In this document: positions 49,469-51,445 of the stretch, one piece after another
Layout of the letters: each line of letters begins with the position of its first letter
Position numbering within the stretch: the first letter of the stretch is position 1
From: an uncultured Bacteroidales bacterium
Lineage (GTDB): Bacteria; Bacteroidota; Bacteroidia; Bacteroidales; UBA7960
DNA length: 51,445 nt
Assembly: GCA_964410015.1 (NCBI GenBank)
Contig: CAYPFV010000003.1
Coordinates: forward strand, 1-51,445
Direction: 5' to 3'
Made by a program: the position numbers and the translations under genes
The notes under the pieces: generated by a model
What the model was told of the DNA's origin: nothing
Database searches by the model: none
Seen by the model: only the letters and a program-made list of their open reading frames with translations

Positions 49469-50240
49469 AAAAATACAAAAAGAAGGTATGTGTAGTGAAA
49501 AAATTACTCAATAAACAAAACCATTTTTTTTCGATAAAATTATATGATCCCAATGATTTTTTGTTTAAATGGTATTTTTCAGATTAAGTTCTTTATGGTT
49601 TTAAAGATACAAGAAATATCATCGATGCCTTAAGAGATTATCATTTTTCCCTTTCTTTCATTTCATTCATGGACAAACTGGTTTAAATATATTGATTCGA
49701 GGTTATCCTGAGTATTATGGTTTTTAATGCTTCAAGAATCACTTAACATTCCCCCGGTAAATTCAATAGTGGCATTTAAATCTGTAGGTTAGAATCAATG
49801 TTTATTTACCGGCACTACTGAATTACTTCATTACAATGAAGGTAACGAACTGGAAATTCTGAACAAAATTCAATCCGGTTTAAATTCACAAAAAAAAGAA
49901 TAGTTTTTCCGATCCTGTGCTTTTATTCCCTTTATGGAATTTATTCAATCTGATGCAAAGATTTGTTTTTTTCAGATACAAACATGGCAGAATGTTTTCT
50001 GGCAGATGCCAGGCAAAAGGTTGTCAAAGGTGTTTCTATGATTTTTCACATGAGTTTAATGAGTTTAATGAGGTTTTTTTGTAATTCAGTGTAAAATAGT
50101 GAATGATGCATTTGGTTTCAAGTCAGCGTAAAAAAAGTTGCCATTACGGACTGCTCAAAGATTACCTGGGGAAATGGTTCTTCAGTTTACATTTAATGGA
50201 TATGGATAAGGAGTATTGTTTTGTTTAAACCAGAGACAGG

Positions 50241-50915
50241 TTAATCTTTTCTTTTAAAATCACCGTCTTTCCATGCTTTAAAAAATTTAGCCCAGGCAAA
50301 AGGGTCAAAGATACGCATGGGTGGGCGCTGCCCGGCATAGTAAAGTCTTTGAGTTTGCTGGTTGTTCATATTTCTGAATGCAGAGTAACCGTCAAGGGGC
50401 ATTTTTTCCAATCTTTCACGCATCTCTTCTCTTTCGAGGTTTCGCATGGCGCGGTCATAATCATCATCTGGTATTTTGGTGTTAAGAAAAGCATAGCGAA
50501 ACTGTTCGCGCGTTGGCCATGGGTATATAACAGTTTCCGGAAGGTTAATGGTGTCTCGTGTCATCAACTGCACGGCAGAGTATCTTTGGGAGGAAAGAGT
50601 ATCAGGTACAACATAATTGATTTCCTTAAAACCTACGGCAGTAAATCTCAGTGTATCCAGTTCGCGCACCGCAATGGAGAAAAATCCCTGAAAGTCGGTT
50701 ATGGTGCCCCGACGGGTATTTTTTACCCATATATTGGTGAAGGGAACGGGTTGCAGACTATCACCTGTAACCACCAGCCCACTGAATTGAACCACTTTTC
50801 GTTTTTCGGGTTTGGGTTCGGGAGTATCTCTACCATAAAGTGAGTAACCCATTGCCAAAATAAGCAAAACACCCAAAAAACGAAAAAAAGAGTATTGCTG
50901 AATTGAAGTAATCAT
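50241..50915 (-). CDS. Secreted carboxypeptidase-regulatory-like domain protein
   Basis: Signal peptide, GTITDFQGFFSI, DTLRFTAVGF, LPETVIYP. Confidence 0.78.
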   Translation of the reverse strand: MITSIQQYSFFRFLGVLLILAMGYSLYGRDTPEPKPEKRKVVQFSGLVVTGDSLQPVPFTNIWVKNTRRGTITDFQGFFSIAVRELDTLRFTAVGFKEINYVVPDTLSSQRYSAVQLMTRDTINLPETVIYPWPTREQFRYAFLNTKIPDDDYDRAMRNLEREEMRERLEKMPLDGYSAFRNMNNQQTQRLYYAGQRPPMRIFDPFAWAKFFKAWKDGDFKRKD

Positions 50916-51051
50916 TTTTAGTTTTTAATGATTTAGCGTTAAAAATAATGATAATAGAAAAACTACTTTGTTCTTCAACCAGATATTACCCATTTTTAAC
51001 AAATATCTTTATATAATGAGGGTAAGAACCATCAAAAATTGTGCATATAAT

Positions 51052-51445
51052 TAGTGTCAGCAGAAAAACTCTTACTTTTTGTGTCTTTGATAAAAAAATC
51101 GTCAAAGCCAAGGCTTTCCAGATTTTTGAATCTAAGGAGTTTACTTTTTGTAAATGACTGGTTCATCTGTTTATAATTTTCCACAATTAATATTAGAACG
51201 CTGATGACGCTGATTTTACAGATAATCGTTGATAGAAAAAATCTGTGCAAATCCGCTCAATCTGTGTCATCTGCGTTCCATTTATCTTAATCATCCTCGT
51301 GTGCGTTTAAGGATTAATCATGGATGGTTCATCTGTTTATAATTTTCAATGTTTTGATTATGAGGTGCTTATGGCTTTAATGAGGACCCGATAATGTCAG
51401 CGCTACGCGCTTTGCCATTACCCCAATAATCATCCTCGTGTGTGT
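51052..51445 (-). repeat. Composite array of the modular dispersed repeat, truncated by window end
   Basis: Cores at 51162-51179 and 51328-51345; TAATCATCCTCGTGTG at 51288 and 51427; 105-bp module at 51052-51161; palindromic insert at 51196-51278. Confidence 0.9.

Noticed and set aside
49469-50240. 770-bp AT-rich gap with short ATGAGTTTA tandem (50050-50073)
   Set aside because: No convincing ORF, RNA motif or copy of the repeat families recognised; the tandem is too short to be meaningful
829-50843. Numerous short ORFs overlapping assigned genes on the opposite strand or alternate frames
   Set aside because: Fully nested in well-supported CDSs with no motifs of their own
51032-51250. 72-aa minus-strand ORF
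   Set aside because: Composed almost entirely of repeat modules; no recognisable domain

Overview
AT-rich chromosomal window from an anaerobic Bacteroidota (Bacteroidales-like) organism, judged from TAnnTTTG promoter elements, TonB-dependent receptors, PorT and a DUF5103-like gene. It is dominated by energy metabolism. Two group A3 [FeFe]-hydrogenase operons (a trimeric HydCBA with a short, HoxF-like, probably non-bifurcating HydB, and a tetrameric Hnd-type enzyme with bifurcating signatures) flank rex and a six-gene putative signalling cluster (DRTGG, RsbT-like kinase, atypical H-cluster protein, DRTGG, PHP phosphatase, GHKL ATPase). Four Rex-box-like palindromes lie in this region. Next come menI-F-D-B-A, apbE, a CDF transporter and nqrA-F, then housekeeping genes (aspC-like, rfaE1, pdxH, menG, porT, tpx, dnaK). 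No rRNA, tRNA, cas or transposase genes were recognised. The intergenic DNA carries two repeat systems. The first is a 131-bp MITE present twice, each copy with its own 6-bp target-site duplication. The second is a modular dispersed repeat with a near-invariant 18-bp core (AAATTATAAACAGATGAA, 8 copies) arranged in small arrays with exchangeable modules; one copy supplies the start codon of a gene. Both window ends fall inside this repeat family. All protein assignments come from motif recognition by eye; no database search was run.
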